This document shows positions 19,288 to 29,640 of a stretch of DNA of 64,000 nt, piece by piece. The DNA is from an uncultured delta proteobacterium (lineage in GTDB: Bacteria > Desulfobacterota > Binatia > Binatales > Binataceae). The position numbers and the translations under genes are program-made. The first letter of the stretch is position 1. Every line of letters starts with the position of its first letter. The stretch is taken from the NCBI GenBank assembly GCA_963765675.1, contig CAVXXK010000001.1:352001-416000 (forward strand). The letters run 5' to 3'. The notes under the pieces were generated by a model. It was not told the origin of the DNA. It saw only the letters and a program-made list of their open reading frames with translations, and ran no database searches.

Positions 19288-20859
19288 TTGAATAACCATT
19301 TGCAAAATAGCGTCGGAGCTGGGCCCGCGCGATGGACCGAAGTGATGATTCGCTACTCTCCCGCGCTGGTGTTGATGGCCGTCATGATCGCCGACTCCGT
19401 CCGGGTCGCGGATCCGGACCTGTATGGGCATCTTCGCTTCGGCCAGCAGATTTTAGTTTCGGCGCACGTTCCACGCGTCGATACCTATTCGTATTCCGTC
19501 GTGCGTCTGCGATGGATCAGCCACGAATGGCTATCTGACGTACTGATCGCATGGTTCTATTTTCACCTGGGTGTGGTCGGACTGAAGCTGATGAAACTCG
19601 GATGTACCGCGGCAATCGTCGTGCTCCTGTTGGAGGCGATGCGCGAAACCGGAGCCTCAGCCGTGACGCAAATTTCCATCATGCTTCTGGCCAGTATCCG
19701 GCTCTCGGCGCAGATGCAGTTTCGGCCTCAGATGTTTACCTATTTGCTGTTGGCGACGATCCTGATGTTGCTGGCGCGCGACAATTTCCGTGGCTCGGCG
19801 AGATTGTGGATCACGGTGCCGATGTTTGCGTTGTGGGCAAACCTGCATGGCGGTTTCGTAATCGGGCTGGGAGTCATGGGATTGTACGCAGTTGTCCGTG
19901 GCGGACAGGAGATTGCAGCGGGCCGTGGATCAGCACGCTTCTTTCACCTGGCTGCCATAACCTCAGCGTGCATTGTGGCGACGCTGCTTACCCCGTTCGG
20001 CGCCGGAAGCTGGCTGAGCGTTTTGCATACGATCGGGAACCCGACGATGCTGGCCGCTATCAATGAATGGCAGCCCCTAATCAGCGCGACGATCGCGGAA
20101 TATCATGTCGCGCACGTGCCGCTTCTTTACGATCTCTCGGTATTCGGCATTTTTTTCGCGACTTTGAGCGCCGTCGCAGTCGCACCAAGTACCGATGATC
20201 TGCCGATGGTCGCGATTGCGGCCGTACTAATCGCATCGGCATTCGTCCAAGTGCGCAACGTCCCGCTCGGAATGATGGCTGCGATGATTCCGCTCGCGCG
20301 GCACGCGACAATCGCGCTGCGAGCGCGGCGCTCTTTCGATACTCCGGTATCACACCGGGAAATTAGCCTCGGAGGCGAGATCGTTATCGCGATCGCGGCG
20401 CTCGCGCTCGCGGCGGAGACCGGATTGTTTTCCAGCGCGCTTGGAGTGACGGAGCCCTACCCCGCGGGCGCGCTGGCGTTCATGCGCGCGCACGATCTTT
20501 CCGGCAATATGCTGTGCGATTACTCATGGAACGACTACGTAATCTTCCACGAATCGCCGCGGGACAAGGTATTTTTGGACAGCCGGTTCGAGATGATCTA
20601 CCCCAGACGAATCATTGAGGCCTACCTCGCCTTCGCGTCCAACCGCACTGGCGCGGCGCAGACGTTGGCCGACTTTCCGAACGATTTCGTCTTGATCAAT
20701 CCAAAAACCCTCGCGGCCGATGTAATGGCGGATGCCACACAATGGATTCCCATATACAGCGATGGCGATTCGACCCTCTATGCACGCCGAGGCTCGTACG
20801 CTGCCGGGATTGTTGGCGTTCCGATCCACGCTGCACCGTTGACGTCGGTCTTTCCTTAA
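19288..20859 (+). CDS. Polytopic GT-C-like membrane protein, paralog A
   Basis: ADPDLYGHL, HEWL, RPQMFT, LWANLHGGF, EWQP, FLDSR motifs. Confidence 0.7.
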   Translation: MNNHLQNSVGAGPARWTEVMIRYSPALVLMAVMIADSVRVADPDLYGHLRFGQQILVSAHVPRVDTYSYSVVRLRWISHEWLSDVLIAWFYFHLGVVGLKLMKLGCTAAIVVLLLEAMRETGASAVTQISIMLLASIRLSAQMQFRPQMFTYLLLATILMLLARDNFRGSARLWITVPMFALWANLHGGFVIGLGVMGLYAVVRGGQEIAAGRGSARFFHLAAITSACIVATLLTPFGAGSWLSVLHTIGNPTMLAAINEWQPLISATIAEYHVAHVPLLYDLSVFGIFFATLSAVAVAPSTDDLPMVAIAAVLIASAFVQVRNVPLGMMAAMIPLARHATIALRARRSFDTPVSHREISLGGEIVIAIAALALAAETGLFSSALGVTEPYPAGALAFMRAHDLSGNMLCDYSWNDYVIFHESPRDKVFLDSRFEMIYPRRIIEAYLAFASNRTGAAQTLADFPNDFVLINPKTLAADVMADATQWIPIYSDGDSTLYARRGSYAAGIVGVPIHAAPLTSVFP

Positions 20860-22443
20860 ATGGATTCTCAAGTATCCGCCGCCCGGGCGGGAGCCTATCA
20901 GCGCCCAGGCATCGTATCACTCATTCGCCAAATGCCAGGATTCGTTCTGATCGCGGTCGCGATCGCCGACTCCTTGCGCTTTGCAGATCCGGACCTATGG
21001 GGCCATATCATTTTTGGACGAGCGGTCCTTGAGCACGGACATCTGATTCTGCACGATCCCTATTCCTACTCGGCGGCCGGTCATCTGTGGCTCAATCATG
21101 AATGGCTATCCGAGTTACTCGACGCTCTGGCATTTGATTCGCTCGGAGTATTCGGTCTTAAGGCGATGAAGTTCTGTGCCGCGGCGATCACGATCGTATT
21201 CGTGGCGCTGGCCGAGAGTGAATCGGATGCGTCCGAGCTGGCGCAGTTGTCAGTGCTGGTTCTGAGTGCGGTGGCGATCGCACCGAGTATGCAGTTCCGA
21301 CCGCAGATATTCACCTTCGCGCTATTCGCGATCCTGATCTATATTCTCGCACGCGACACCTACTGCCGCAGTGGAGGGTTGTGGATCGCAATTCCCATGC
21401 TGGTTCTTTGGGCCAACCTGCACGGCGGATTTATCATGGGATTGGCGGCGCTAGGAACTTATGCCTGCGCCTCGGCCGCGTGTGACTGGATGCACGGCGA
21501 CGGAATCCGACGCGCAGCCGTACTCGGAGCGATCGCCGTCGCAGCGGCAGCGGCGACGTTGATAACACCCTACGGATTTGGAACGTGGATTGCCGTTGGT
21601 CACGCTCTGCACAATCCAGACACGCGAATTGCGATCGCGGACTGGCAACCGCTATTCCGCTCACTTGCCGCGGCTGGCCAGCAAAGTATCGCATTAGCGC
21701 TGTATGATGCTCTGCCGCTCGGCCTGATGACGGCACTGGCTATCGCAGTGGCTATTTCGCGCGACCTCGACGATCTACCGATGCTCGCGATTTCCGCTGT
21801 GATGGGTCTAGCGGCAATCCTTGCGATACGCAATGAACCGATCGCGATAATCGCGATCGCTAGCCCGCTCGCGCACCACGGCACAATCGCCATCGAACGG
21901 TTGACGAAGGCGGGACTACCGGAAGAGACAGCGTCGACATCGGCCGCGCGCTCAAGGAACCAGATCCTGCCGGTCCTGATTGCGCTCGCGATTCTTATAG
22001 AGACAGGATTTTTCTCGAATCGGCTAATCGCGCACGAGCACTATCCGGCGAGCGCTGTCGCGTTCATGCAATCTCATGACTTGCACGGAAATATACTCGA
22101 CAATTTCCTTTGGGGAGAATACCTAATCTGGCACACGGCACCTGGATCAAAGGTTTTCATCGACGGGCGCTATGATACTGTCTATCCGCAAAACGTCCTG
22201 CACGCATTCATGTTATTTCATTTCGACCGGCCCGGCGCAGACGCGATCCTGGCGCAATGGCCACATGACTATGTAATGCTGCCGCCGGACGATCTTGCTA
22301 ATCGAGTAATCGCGCGCAACCCGCAATGGAAGCTGATCTACCGAGACTGCGATGCTCTTCTCTACGCGCCTGCCGGCTCCGCCGCCACGAAGATTGCTGG
22401 TGAGCCAGTTGAAGGAGTTAATCCGCCGACCACGTTTCCTTGA
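20860..22443 (+). CDS. Polytopic GT-C-like membrane protein, paralog B
   Basis: ADPDLWGH, HEWL, RPQIFT, LWANLHGGF, DWQP, FIDGR; ATG immediately follows the paralog A stop. Confidence 0.7.
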   Translation: MDSQVSAARAGAYQRPGIVSLIRQMPGFVLIAVAIADSLRFADPDLWGHIIFGRAVLEHGHLILHDPYSYSAAGHLWLNHEWLSELLDALAFDSLGVFGLKAMKFCAAAITIVFVALAESESDASELAQLSVLVLSAVAIAPSMQFRPQIFTFALFAILIYILARDTYCRSGGLWIAIPMLVLWANLHGGFIMGLAALGTYACASAACDWMHGDGIRRAAVLGAIAVAAAAATLITPYGFGTWIAVGHALHNPDTRIAIADWQPLFRSLAAAGQQSIALALYDALPLGLMTALAIAVAISRDLDDLPMLAISAVMGLAAILAIRNEPIAIIAIASPLAHHGTIAIERLTKAGLPEETASTSAARSRNQILPVLIALAILIETGFFSNRLIAHEHYPASAVAFMQSHDLHGNILDNFLWGEYLIWHTAPGSKVFIDGRYDTVYPQNVLHAFMLFHFDRPGADAILAQWPHDYVMLPPDDLANRVIARNPQWKLIYRDCDALLYAPAGSAATKIAGEPVEGVNPPTTFP

Positions 22444-22473
22444 GCGGTCGTGGTGAACCTTAGCATCGATGTC

Positions 22474-23607
22474 CTATTGGTCCTGGTCCATCTCCTGCGG
22501 TGCCTCCTCGATAACGCTTCCGGCGCCATTGAGTGTCCGCAGGATCTGCATCCCGATGCGCCCCACGGAAACCTTACGATTGGCAAGGACTATCACGCCG
22601 GTGCCGGTTTGTTTGACAAAGCCGATGTAGCTGAAGAAGCCGGAGACGGCGCCGTTCTTCCAAATGACCGTATTGTTCGTGCCGCGGATCGGAACCATCT
22701 GCCAAGCCAGACCGGCCGCGGTTCCCCCGCGTCCGGCGCGATGCCATCGTTTCTGCAAGTCTGGGAGGAGCGTGTCGAGAGGCGTTTTCGTCTGGCCCAT
22801 GTTGTACGCGAGATAGCGCATCATATCGTCCATGGTCGAGCGCAGCGCGCCCGCGCCATTGAAAGCGGGCCAGGTCACGTTGTCGTGTGGCCGCGGAAAA
22901 CCTTCCGGACTGTAGCCCTGCGCCTGCCGCGCGACCTCCTGCGGTGTGAGATCGATGCGCGTGTCGACCATCGCGAGCGGTCCGCATATCTCGCGCTCGA
23001 CGAGGTTCTGATAGTCGTCGCCGGTTGCACGCATCAGTGCATGCGCCAACAGCGCGAACCCCCAGTTCGAGTACTCGAATTCCCGCCCCGGCGCGCGAGT
23101 GAGCTGATAGGCCTCTAGCCGCTGGTACATCGTGGCCGTATCCAGATGCCGAACGCCGCTTAGGTCCGGATCTTTCGGAAGTCCGGAGGTGTGTGTGGCG
23201 AGGTCGAGCAGAGTTATCGGGCGCCCGTGATAGCTCGGCACGGATACGCTGTCGGGCACATACTTCTGCAGCGGATCGTCGTACCGCACCACGCCGCGCT
23301 GAACATTCAGCGCCAGCAGCATCGCGGTGAACGTCTTGGTGATCGATCCGATCTCCCACTCGGTCGTGGCCGTCGGCCGCACGCCGGAGCCGAGCGCGGT
23401 CTCACCGAAGGAGCGGATCATTCGATCGTTGCCGGAGATGACGCCGAGCATGATCGCCGGTGCTTCACCATGGGCGACAGGCGCTGATGCGATCTCGTCG
23501 ATACGCGCGCGCGTCGCGGCGGCAATCTCGGCGCGCACCGGAGGTGCCGGCGCGCAAACGAGTGCAAGAGCGATCGTCGCCATCCCGATGAGCGAAATCC
23601 GGCGCAT
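22474..23607 (-). CDS. Exported serine hydrolase (class C beta-lactamase/AmpH-like)
   Basis: SITK, LATHTSG, YSN, KNG motifs; signal peptide from MRRISLIG. Start uncertain (ORF open to 23691). Confidence 0.85.
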   Translation of the reverse strand: MRRISLIGMATIALALVCAPAPPVRAEIAAATRARIDEIASAPVAHGEAPAIMLGVISGNDRMIRSFGETALGSGVRPTATTEWEIGSITKTFTAMLLALNVQRGVVRYDDPLQKYVPDSVSVPSYHGRPITLLDLATHTSGLPKDPDLSGVRHLDTATMYQRLEAYQLTRAPGREFEYSNWGFALLAHALMRATGDDYQNLVEREICGPLAMVDTRIDLTPQEVARQAQGYSPEGFPRPHDNVTWPAFNGAGALRSTMDDMMRYLAYNMGQTKTPLDTLLPDLQKRWHRAGRGGTAAGLAWQMVPIRGTNNTVIWKNGAVSGFFSYIGFVKQTGTGVIVLANRKVSVGRIGMQILRTLNGAGSVIEEAPQEMDQDQ

Positions 23608-23791
23608 ACCAAAGGCTAGCGGGCGCGTCATCGACGATGCAAAAGCGCGCGCGGTGCTGACTCCTTCGCGCCTGTGGAAAAGAGCCGTCAATGTGGTACT
23701 AAGAGGGTTCGAGGCGTGTTCCCCGCGCCCGATGCGTGGCGCAGGCCGCGCTGAATTTGCGGGTTAATTTGCAGAGATAAGGAGAGCCCGA

Positions 23792-24877
23792 ATGAAAGCC
23801 GCTGTGTTTCATGGCCCCAAACAACCGCTCAGTATCGAGGATATCGAGGTCGATAAGCCCCAGGACCGCGAAGTCAAGATTCGCACCGTCGCCAGCGGCG
23901 TGTGCCATAGCGATCTGCATTTCGTCGATGGTCTATACCCCTACGCGGCGCCCGCGGTGCTCGGACACGAAGCCGCCGGGATCGTCGAAGAGGTCGGCCG
24001 CCAGGTCACCTACGTCAAGCCCGGCGATCACGTGATCGCGTGCCTTAGCGTTTACTGCGGCGGCTGCGAGCAGTGCATGTCGGGCCATCCGAACCGATGC
24101 ACGAACAAGGCGGCGACGCAGCGCGATCCGAAAGACAAGCCGCGCCTGTCGCAGAAGGGCAAGCTAATCAACCAGTTCCTGGACGTATCGTCGTATTGCG
24201 AGCGGATGCTGTTGCACGAGAACGCGATCGTGAAGATCAGCGACGACATCCCGCTTGATCGAGCCGCGCTGGTCGGATGCGGCGTCACCACCGGCGTCGG
24301 CGCTGTGCTCAATACCGCCAAGGTCGAGCCGGGCTCGACGGTCGCGGTGTTCGGATGCGGCGGCGTGGGACTCGCGGCGATTCAGGGCGCGCGGATCGCC
24401 GGTGCACGCAAGATCATCGCGGTCGATATGTTCGAGGGCAAGCTCGCGATGGCAAAGCGGCTCGGCGCGACCGACACTGTCGACGCGTCGTCGAGCGATC
24501 CGATCGACGAGATCAAAAAGCTTACCGGCGGCGGCGTTGATTACGCCTTCGAGGCGATCGGACTCAAGAAGGCCGCCGAGCAGGCATTCAATGCGCTCAG
24601 GCCCGGCGGCACCGCGACCGTGATCGGAATGATCCCGGTCGGGCAGAAGGTCGAGCTCGACGGCTATATGTTCCTGACCGAGCGCAAACTGCAGGGCAGC
24701 AACATGGGCTCGAACCGCTTTCGGATCGACATGCCGCGCTATCTGGATTTCTATCTGCAGGGACGCCTCAAGCTCGACGAAATGATCAGCCGCCGCGGCA
24801 AGCTGGAGGATGTAAACGAAGCGTTCCGCGCGATGAAGGCCGGCGAAGTCGCGCGCACCGTCCTGATGTTCGAGTAA
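23792..24877 (+). CDS. Zn-dependent alcohol dehydrogenase, copy 1
   Basis: CHSD, GHEAAG, structural-Zn Cys cluster, GCGGVG. Confidence 0.93.
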   Translation: MKAAVFHGPKQPLSIEDIEVDKPQDREVKIRTVASGVCHSDLHFVDGLYPYAAPAVLGHEAAGIVEEVGRQVTYVKPGDHVIACLSVYCGGCEQCMSGHPNRCTNKAATQRDPKDKPRLSQKGKLINQFLDVSSYCERMLLHENAIVKISDDIPLDRAALVGCGVTTGVGAVLNTAKVEPGSTVAVFGCGGVGLAAIQGARIAGARKIIAVDMFEGKLAMAKRLGATDTVDASSSDPIDEIKKLTGGGVDYAFEAIGLKKAAEQAFNALRPGGTATVIGMIPVGQKVELDGYMFLTERKLQGSNMGSNRFRIDMPRYLDFYLQGRLKLDEMISRRGKLEDVNEAFRAMKAGEVARTVLMFE

Positions 24878-24914
24878 CGCGCGCGACGACTACGACACGA
24901 GGAGCACGATCAAA

Positions 24915-26000
24915 ATGAAAGCAGCGATATATCACGGTCCCGGCCAGGCGCTCACGATCGAGCAGGTCGATATCGACAATCCGAAGGAACGCGAAGTTCT
25001 GGTCCGCACCGTCGCCAGCGGCGTGTGCCACAGCGACCTGCACTTCGTCGATGGACTCTACATGTGGCCGACGCCGGCGATCCTCGGCCACGAGGCGGCA
25101 GGCGTAGTCGAAAAAGTCGGCTCGCAGGTCACCTATCTCGCGCCCGGCGATCACGTGATCGCGTGCCTGAGCGTCTTCTGCGGCTACTGCGAGGAATGCA
25201 TGTCGGGCCATCCCAACCTGTGCTCGAACAAGGCCGCAACCCAGCGCGGACAAAGCGACAAGCCGCGCCTGTCGCAGAAGGGCAAGCTGGTCAATCAGTT
25301 CGCCGATCTCTCGGGATACGCCGAGCAGATGCTGGTGCATGAGAACGCGCTGGTGAAGATCGACAACGACGTGCCGCTCGACCGCGCCGCGCTTATCGGA
25401 TGCGGCGTCATGACCGGAGTCGGCGCGGCGCTGCACACGGCGAAGGTCTCGCCGGGCTCGCAGGTCGCGGTGTTCGGCGCGGGCGGCGTCGGCCTCGCGA
25501 TCATCCAGGGCGCGCGCATCGCGGGCGCGCGGATGATCATTGCGGTGGATAAGTTCAAGACCAAGCTCGAACTGGCCAAGAAGCTCGGCGCGACGCACAT
25601 GGTCGATGCGTCGGCGGGCAATCCTGTCGAGCAGATTCGCGCGCTCACCGGCGACGGCGTCGATTACTCGTTCGAGGCGATCGGCCTCAAGGTCGCGGCC
25701 GAGCAGGCCTACGAATCGATCCGTCCCGGCGGAATCGCGACGATCGTCGGGATGGTGCCGCTCGGGCAGAAGGTCGACGTCGACGGCTTCTCGCTGCTGT
25801 ACGAGAAGCGCATCCAGGGATGCTTCATGGGCTCGAACCGCTTTCGGATCGACATGCCACGCATCATTGATCTCTATCGTCAGGGACGAATCGACCTCGA
25901 CGACATGATCACACGCCGCGGCAAGCTCGAGGACGTCAACGAGGCGTTCCGCGCGATGAAGGCGGGCGAAGTCGCGCGCACGGTGCTGATGTTCGAATAG
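24915..26000 (+). CDS. Zn-dependent alcohol dehydrogenase, copy 2
   Basis: Same motifs and same 361-aa length as copy 1; identical C-terminus. Confidence 0.93.
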   Translation: MKAAIYHGPGQALTIEQVDIDNPKEREVLVRTVASGVCHSDLHFVDGLYMWPTPAILGHEAAGVVEKVGSQVTYLAPGDHVIACLSVFCGYCEECMSGHPNLCSNKAATQRGQSDKPRLSQKGKLVNQFADLSGYAEQMLVHENALVKIDNDVPLDRAALIGCGVMTGVGAALHTAKVSPGSQVAVFGAGGVGLAIIQGARIAGARMIIAVDKFKTKLELAKKLGATHMVDASAGNPVEQIRALTGDGVDYSFEAIGLKVAAEQAYESIRPGGIATIVGMVPLGQKVDVDGFSLLYEKRIQGCFMGSNRFRIDMPRIIDLYRQGRIDLDDMITRRGKLEDVNEAFRAMKAGEVARTVLMFE

Positions 26001-26026
26001 CGCACCGCTCGAATCGACTGATTATC

Positions 26027-26056
26027 AAAAGCCGGCAGGGTTACCTGCCGGCTTTT
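26027..26056. terminator. Rho-independent terminator after the ADH pair
   Basis: aaaagccggcagg-gtta-cctgccggctttt. Confidence 0.85.
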
Positions 26057-26108
26057 CCTTCGCATGCGCCGACTTGACTGAGTGCGCGCGCGCGCTCAAT
26101 TTTCGCTT

Positions 26109-26474
26109 ATGAAGATCCGCGCAATCGACCACGTGCAGTTGGCGATGCCTATGGGACGCGAAGCCGAGGCACGCGCCTTCTACACCGGCTTGCTCGAAAT
26201 TCCCGAACAGCCCAAGCCTCCCCATCTGGCTGCGCGAGGCGGATGCTGGTTCGAGCGCGGCGCGCTCAAAATCCATCTCGGCGTCGAAAAGGAATTCGCA
26301 CCGGCGCGCAAAGCGCATCCCGCCCTTATCGTCGAGGGTCTACCCGCGCTCGCGGACGCGCTCAGTCGCGCGGGATGCCGCGTCGTCGACGACGAGCCGC
26401 TCGAAGGCTACGACAGGATCTATGTCGATGATCCCTTCGGCAATCGGATCGAGCTGATGGAGCCGCGCGGCTAG
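26109..26474 (+). CDS. VOC/glyoxalase-family protein
   Basis: IDHVQLA, FY..LL, HPAL, DPFGNRIELM. Confidence 0.88.
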   Translation: MKIRAIDHVQLAMPMGREAEARAFYTGLLEIPEQPKPPHLAARGGCWFERGALKIHLGVEKEFAPARKAHPALIVEGLPALADALSRAGCRVVDDEPLEGYDRIYVDDPFGNRIELMEPRG

Positions 26475-27343
26475 ACGAGCCTCAGCTCTTTCATCGCCGC
26501 CTTCAGTTTCTCACTCGCCGACGCGGTCATCGGAACCAGCGGCAAACGAAGTTCATTCGCGCATTTCCCCATCAGCGCGAGCGCACACTTTAGCGGAATA
26601 GGATTGGTCTCGATGAATAGCGCACGGAGTAGCGGCAGCATCCGATAGTGCGCCACGCGGGCCTGCTGAAAATCGCCGCTGAGCGCCGCGGCCGCAAGCG
26701 CATGCATTTCGCGAGGCATCACGTTCGAGGCCGTCGAGATCACGCCCTTTCCGCCAAGCGCCATGATCGGCAGCGTTAGCGCGTCGTCGCCCGAGAGGAC
26801 CGCCAGACGGTCGCCGCAGAGCCGAAGGATGTCCGAGACTTGGTCCATCGAGCCGGAGGCTTCTTTAACACCGACTATATTTTTGATCTCTGACAGCCGC
26901 GCGAATGTCTCGGGCGCGATATTCGATGCGGTGCGGCCCGGAATATTGTAAACCACCAGCGGCAAATCGACGCTCGCCGCGATCAGTTTGTAATGCTTGA
27001 ATATCCCTTCCTGGGTGGGCTTGTTGTAATAGGGCGAGATCAGGAGCGCGCCGTCTGCTCCCATCGCACGCGCCGACGCGGTCAGGCGAATCGCCTCCGC
27101 GGTCGCGTTCGAGCCGGTCCCTGCGATGACCGGAACGCGCTTGCGCGCCTGCTCGATCGTAATCTTGACCACGCGCTCATGCTCTTCGTGCGTCAGCGTC
27201 GCCGACTCTCCGGTCGAGCCGCACGGCACCAATCCGTCGATGCCGCTTTGAATCTGCCATTCGATCAGATCACGCAGCGCGGGTTCGTCCACCGCGCCGT
27301 CGCGAAACGGAGTGATGAGTGCGCTGAGCGCTCCGTTGAACAT
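26471..27343 (-). CDS. dapA: 4-hydroxy-tetrahydrodipicolinate synthase
   Basis: GSTGE, PYYNKP, YNIPGRT, GVKEASG, SGDD, ETNPIP. Confidence 0.97.
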   Translation of the reverse strand: MFNGALSALITPFRDGAVDEPALRDLIEWQIQSGIDGLVPCGSTGESATLTHEEHERVVKITIEQARKRVPVIAGTGSNATAEAIRLTASARAMGADGALLISPYYNKPTQEGIFKHYKLIAASVDLPLVVYNIPGRTASNIAPETFARLSEIKNIVGVKEASGSMDQVSDILRLCGDRLAVLSGDDALTLPIMALGGKGVISTASNVMPREMHALAAAALSGDFQQARVAHYRMLPLLRALFIETNPIPLKCALALMGKCANELRLPLVPMTASASEKLKAAMKELRLV

Positions 27344-27361
27344 CTGCCAATCCCTCCGCGG

Positions 27362-28255
27362 CTAATACTTGGCCGGTACCATCTCGGCGGACCCGAGTTC
27401 GATCTCACCTCTGAAAACCTCGACCGCGTTGCCGGTCATGAAGACGTGATTCGCTCCGGCACCCTTTTCGCCCCACTCGATCTCGAGGTTACCACCGCGC
27501 ACCTCGACCATCGCTTTGCGCTCGGCGCGCCCAGTCAGCACGGCGGCGACCATTGCAGCACACGCACCCGTGCCGCACGCGAGAGTCTCGCCCGAACCGC
27601 GCTCCCATACGCGCATTTTCAGATGCGTGCGCGAGACCGGCAGGATAAATTCCGTATTGACGCGCCGCGGAAAAAATGGATGCGTCTCGAACTGACGTCC
27701 GAGCCGCGCAAACTCCCACACGTCCATTTTGTGGATCGCGTCGTTGTTCACGAAGAGCACGCAGTGCGGATTTCCCATCGAGACAGCGGTGATCGCCTCG
27801 CGCCGGCCGGCGACTTCGAGCGGATAGTCGATGATTCTGCCGTCGGCAGCGACGGGAATCTCACGTCCTTCGAGAATCGGCTCGCCCATGTCCACGGTCG
27901 CACCTACGACGGCTCCGGCCTCGAACCGCAGTTCAATCGTCTTCAGCCCCGAATCGGTCTCGACGACCATCGGATTTTTGCGAGCGATACCGCGTTCATA
28001 AGCAAGCCGCGCAACGCAGCGAATTCCGTTGCCGCACATGTCGCCGCGGCTGCCGTCGGCGTTGTACATCTCCATCCGCACGTCGGCGCTTCGCGACGGC
28101 GCAAGCATGATCAGGCCGTCGCCGCCGATTCCAAAATGCCGGTCCGCAACGCGCACCGCGAGCGCCGCCGGATCCGCGGGGCGCGCGTTCAGCGCAACGA
28201 CGTAAATATAGTCGTTGCCGCATCCGTGCATCTTGGTAAATTCAAGCGTCGCCAT
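27362..28255 (-). CDS. dapF: Diaminopimelate epimerase
   Basis: KMHGCGND, MCGNGIRC, MGNPH, ERGSGETLACGTG. Confidence 0.97.
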   Translation of the reverse strand: MATLEFTKMHGCGNDYIYVVALNARPADPAALAVRVADRHFGIGGDGLIMLAPSRSADVRMEMYNADGSRGDMCGNGIRCVARLAYERGIARKNPMVVETDSGLKTIELRFEAGAVVGATVDMGEPILEGREIPVAADGRIIDYPLEVAGRREAITAVSMGNPHCVLFVNNDAIHKMDVWEFARLGRQFETHPFFPRRVNTEFILPVSRTHLKMRVWERGSGETLACGTGACAAMVAAVLTGRAERKAMVEVRGGNLEIEWGEKGAGANHVFMTGNAVEVFRGEIELGSAEMVPAKY

Positions 28256-28258
28256 CGC

Positions 28259-29515
28259 TTACGCCTTCAGTTCGACGATCTTCTCACCGCGAATGAGATC
28301 TTCATAACTCTCGCGTTCGCGAATCACGTGCGCCTGCGCTCCGTCGACCAGGATCTCGGGCGCGCGCGGACGGCTGTTGTAGTTCGACGCCATCACGAAT
28401 CCGTAAGCGCCCGCGCTCATCACCGCCAGAAGGTCGCCCGCGTTCGGCTGCGGCATCTCGCGTTCGCGCGCGAAGAAATCTCCGCTCTCGCATACCGGCC
28501 CAACCACGTCGGCGACGATCAGCTTGCCGACCTTGCGCCGATCGACCTGAATGATCGCATGATACGCCTCGTAAAGGACCGGACGAATCAGATCGTTCAT
28601 GGCGCCGTCCACAATCACGAAGCGCTTCACGTCGGTTTCCTTCATATACAATACGCGCGTGACCAGCACGCCCGCATTGCCCACCAGCACGCGTCCCGGC
28701 TCGCTGATTATTTTGAGCCCGAGTCCGCGGATGGGGCCGAGCATCGCGGCCGCATACTCCGAGGGCGGAGGAGGGTTTTCCTGGTACGGAATTCCTAGTC
28801 CACCGCCGATATCGAGATACTTGAGCTCTACGCCCGACGCGCGCAGGTCGGTCACGATGCTCTTGACCTTGCCGGCGGCTTCGGCGAACGGAGCGGTGTC
28901 GGTGATTTGCGATCCGATATGCGTGCTAAGCCCGACGATCTCGAGGTTCTTGAGTCCGCGCGCCTCCGCGTAGTACTCGCGCACTTGCGAAAGCGGCACG
29001 CCGAACTTGGAATCGCGATGCCCGGTCGAGATATGCGGATGCGTCCCGGGATCCAGATCGGGGTTGACGCGCAAACTGACCGGCGCTCGCCGCTGCATGC
29101 GTCCTGCCACCTCCGCAATGCGGTGCAGCTCGGGACGCGACTCGACATTGAGCATCAGGATGCCCGCGTCGAGCGCGGCAGCGATCTCCGCATCAGTCTT
29201 GCCGACTCCCGAGTACACGATCGTGCGAGGATCGGCGCCCGCGCGAATGCATCGCATCAACTCGCCCGCGGACACGATGTCGAACCCCGAACCCATCGAG
29301 GCGAAAAGCTTCAGGATGCTCAAGTTCGACAGCGCTTTCATCGCGTAGCAGATCAGATGATCGGTGCCGGAAAATGCTTCGTCGAAAACGCGGTAGTGCC
29401 GCCGCAGGGTCCGGGCACTGTAAACGTAAAATGGAGTTCCGACCCGCTTCGCCAGATCGGCAAGCGCAACCTCCTCGGCGAATAGTTGATCGTTTTTGTA
29501 TTCAAAGTAATTCAT
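28259..29515 (-). CDS. lysA: Diaminopimelate decarboxylase
   Basis: YAMKA, HIGSQI, DIGGG, EPGR, GPVCESGD, GAYG. Confidence 0.97.
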   Translation of the reverse strand: MNYFEYKNDQLFAEEVALADLAKRVGTPFYVYSARTLRRHYRVFDEAFSGTDHLICYAMKALSNLSILKLFASMGSGFDIVSAGELMRCIRAGADPRTIVYSGVGKTDAEIAAALDAGILMLNVESRPELHRIAEVAGRMQRRAPVSLRVNPDLDPGTHPHISTGHRDSKFGVPLSQVREYYAEARGLKNLEIVGLSTHIGSQITDTAPFAEAAGKVKSIVTDLRASGVELKYLDIGGGLGIPYQENPPPPSEYAAAMLGPIRGLGLKIISEPGRVLVGNAGVLVTRVLYMKETDVKRFVIVDGAMNDLIRPVLYEAYHAIIQVDRRKVGKLIVADVVGPVCESGDFFAREREMPQPNAGDLLAVMSAGAYGFVMASNYNSRPRAPEILVDGAQAHVIRERESYEDLIRGEKIVELKA

Positions 29516-29640
29516 GGTGTTGTACGGAAGTTGACGGCCGCGGCCGAAGCTATGACAGTGAAGGTCGGTTTTACCACAGCCGGACGCGGCGAATAAACGC
29601 CTGGCCGGGTGGCGCAGGCTGGCCTCCTAACCATGCACCA

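Noticed and set aside
22474-23607. Serine hydrolase as a true AmpC resistance gene
   Set aside because: KNG in place of KTG and the overall pattern fit the broad AmpH/esterase group, so resistance cannot be claimed from sequence.
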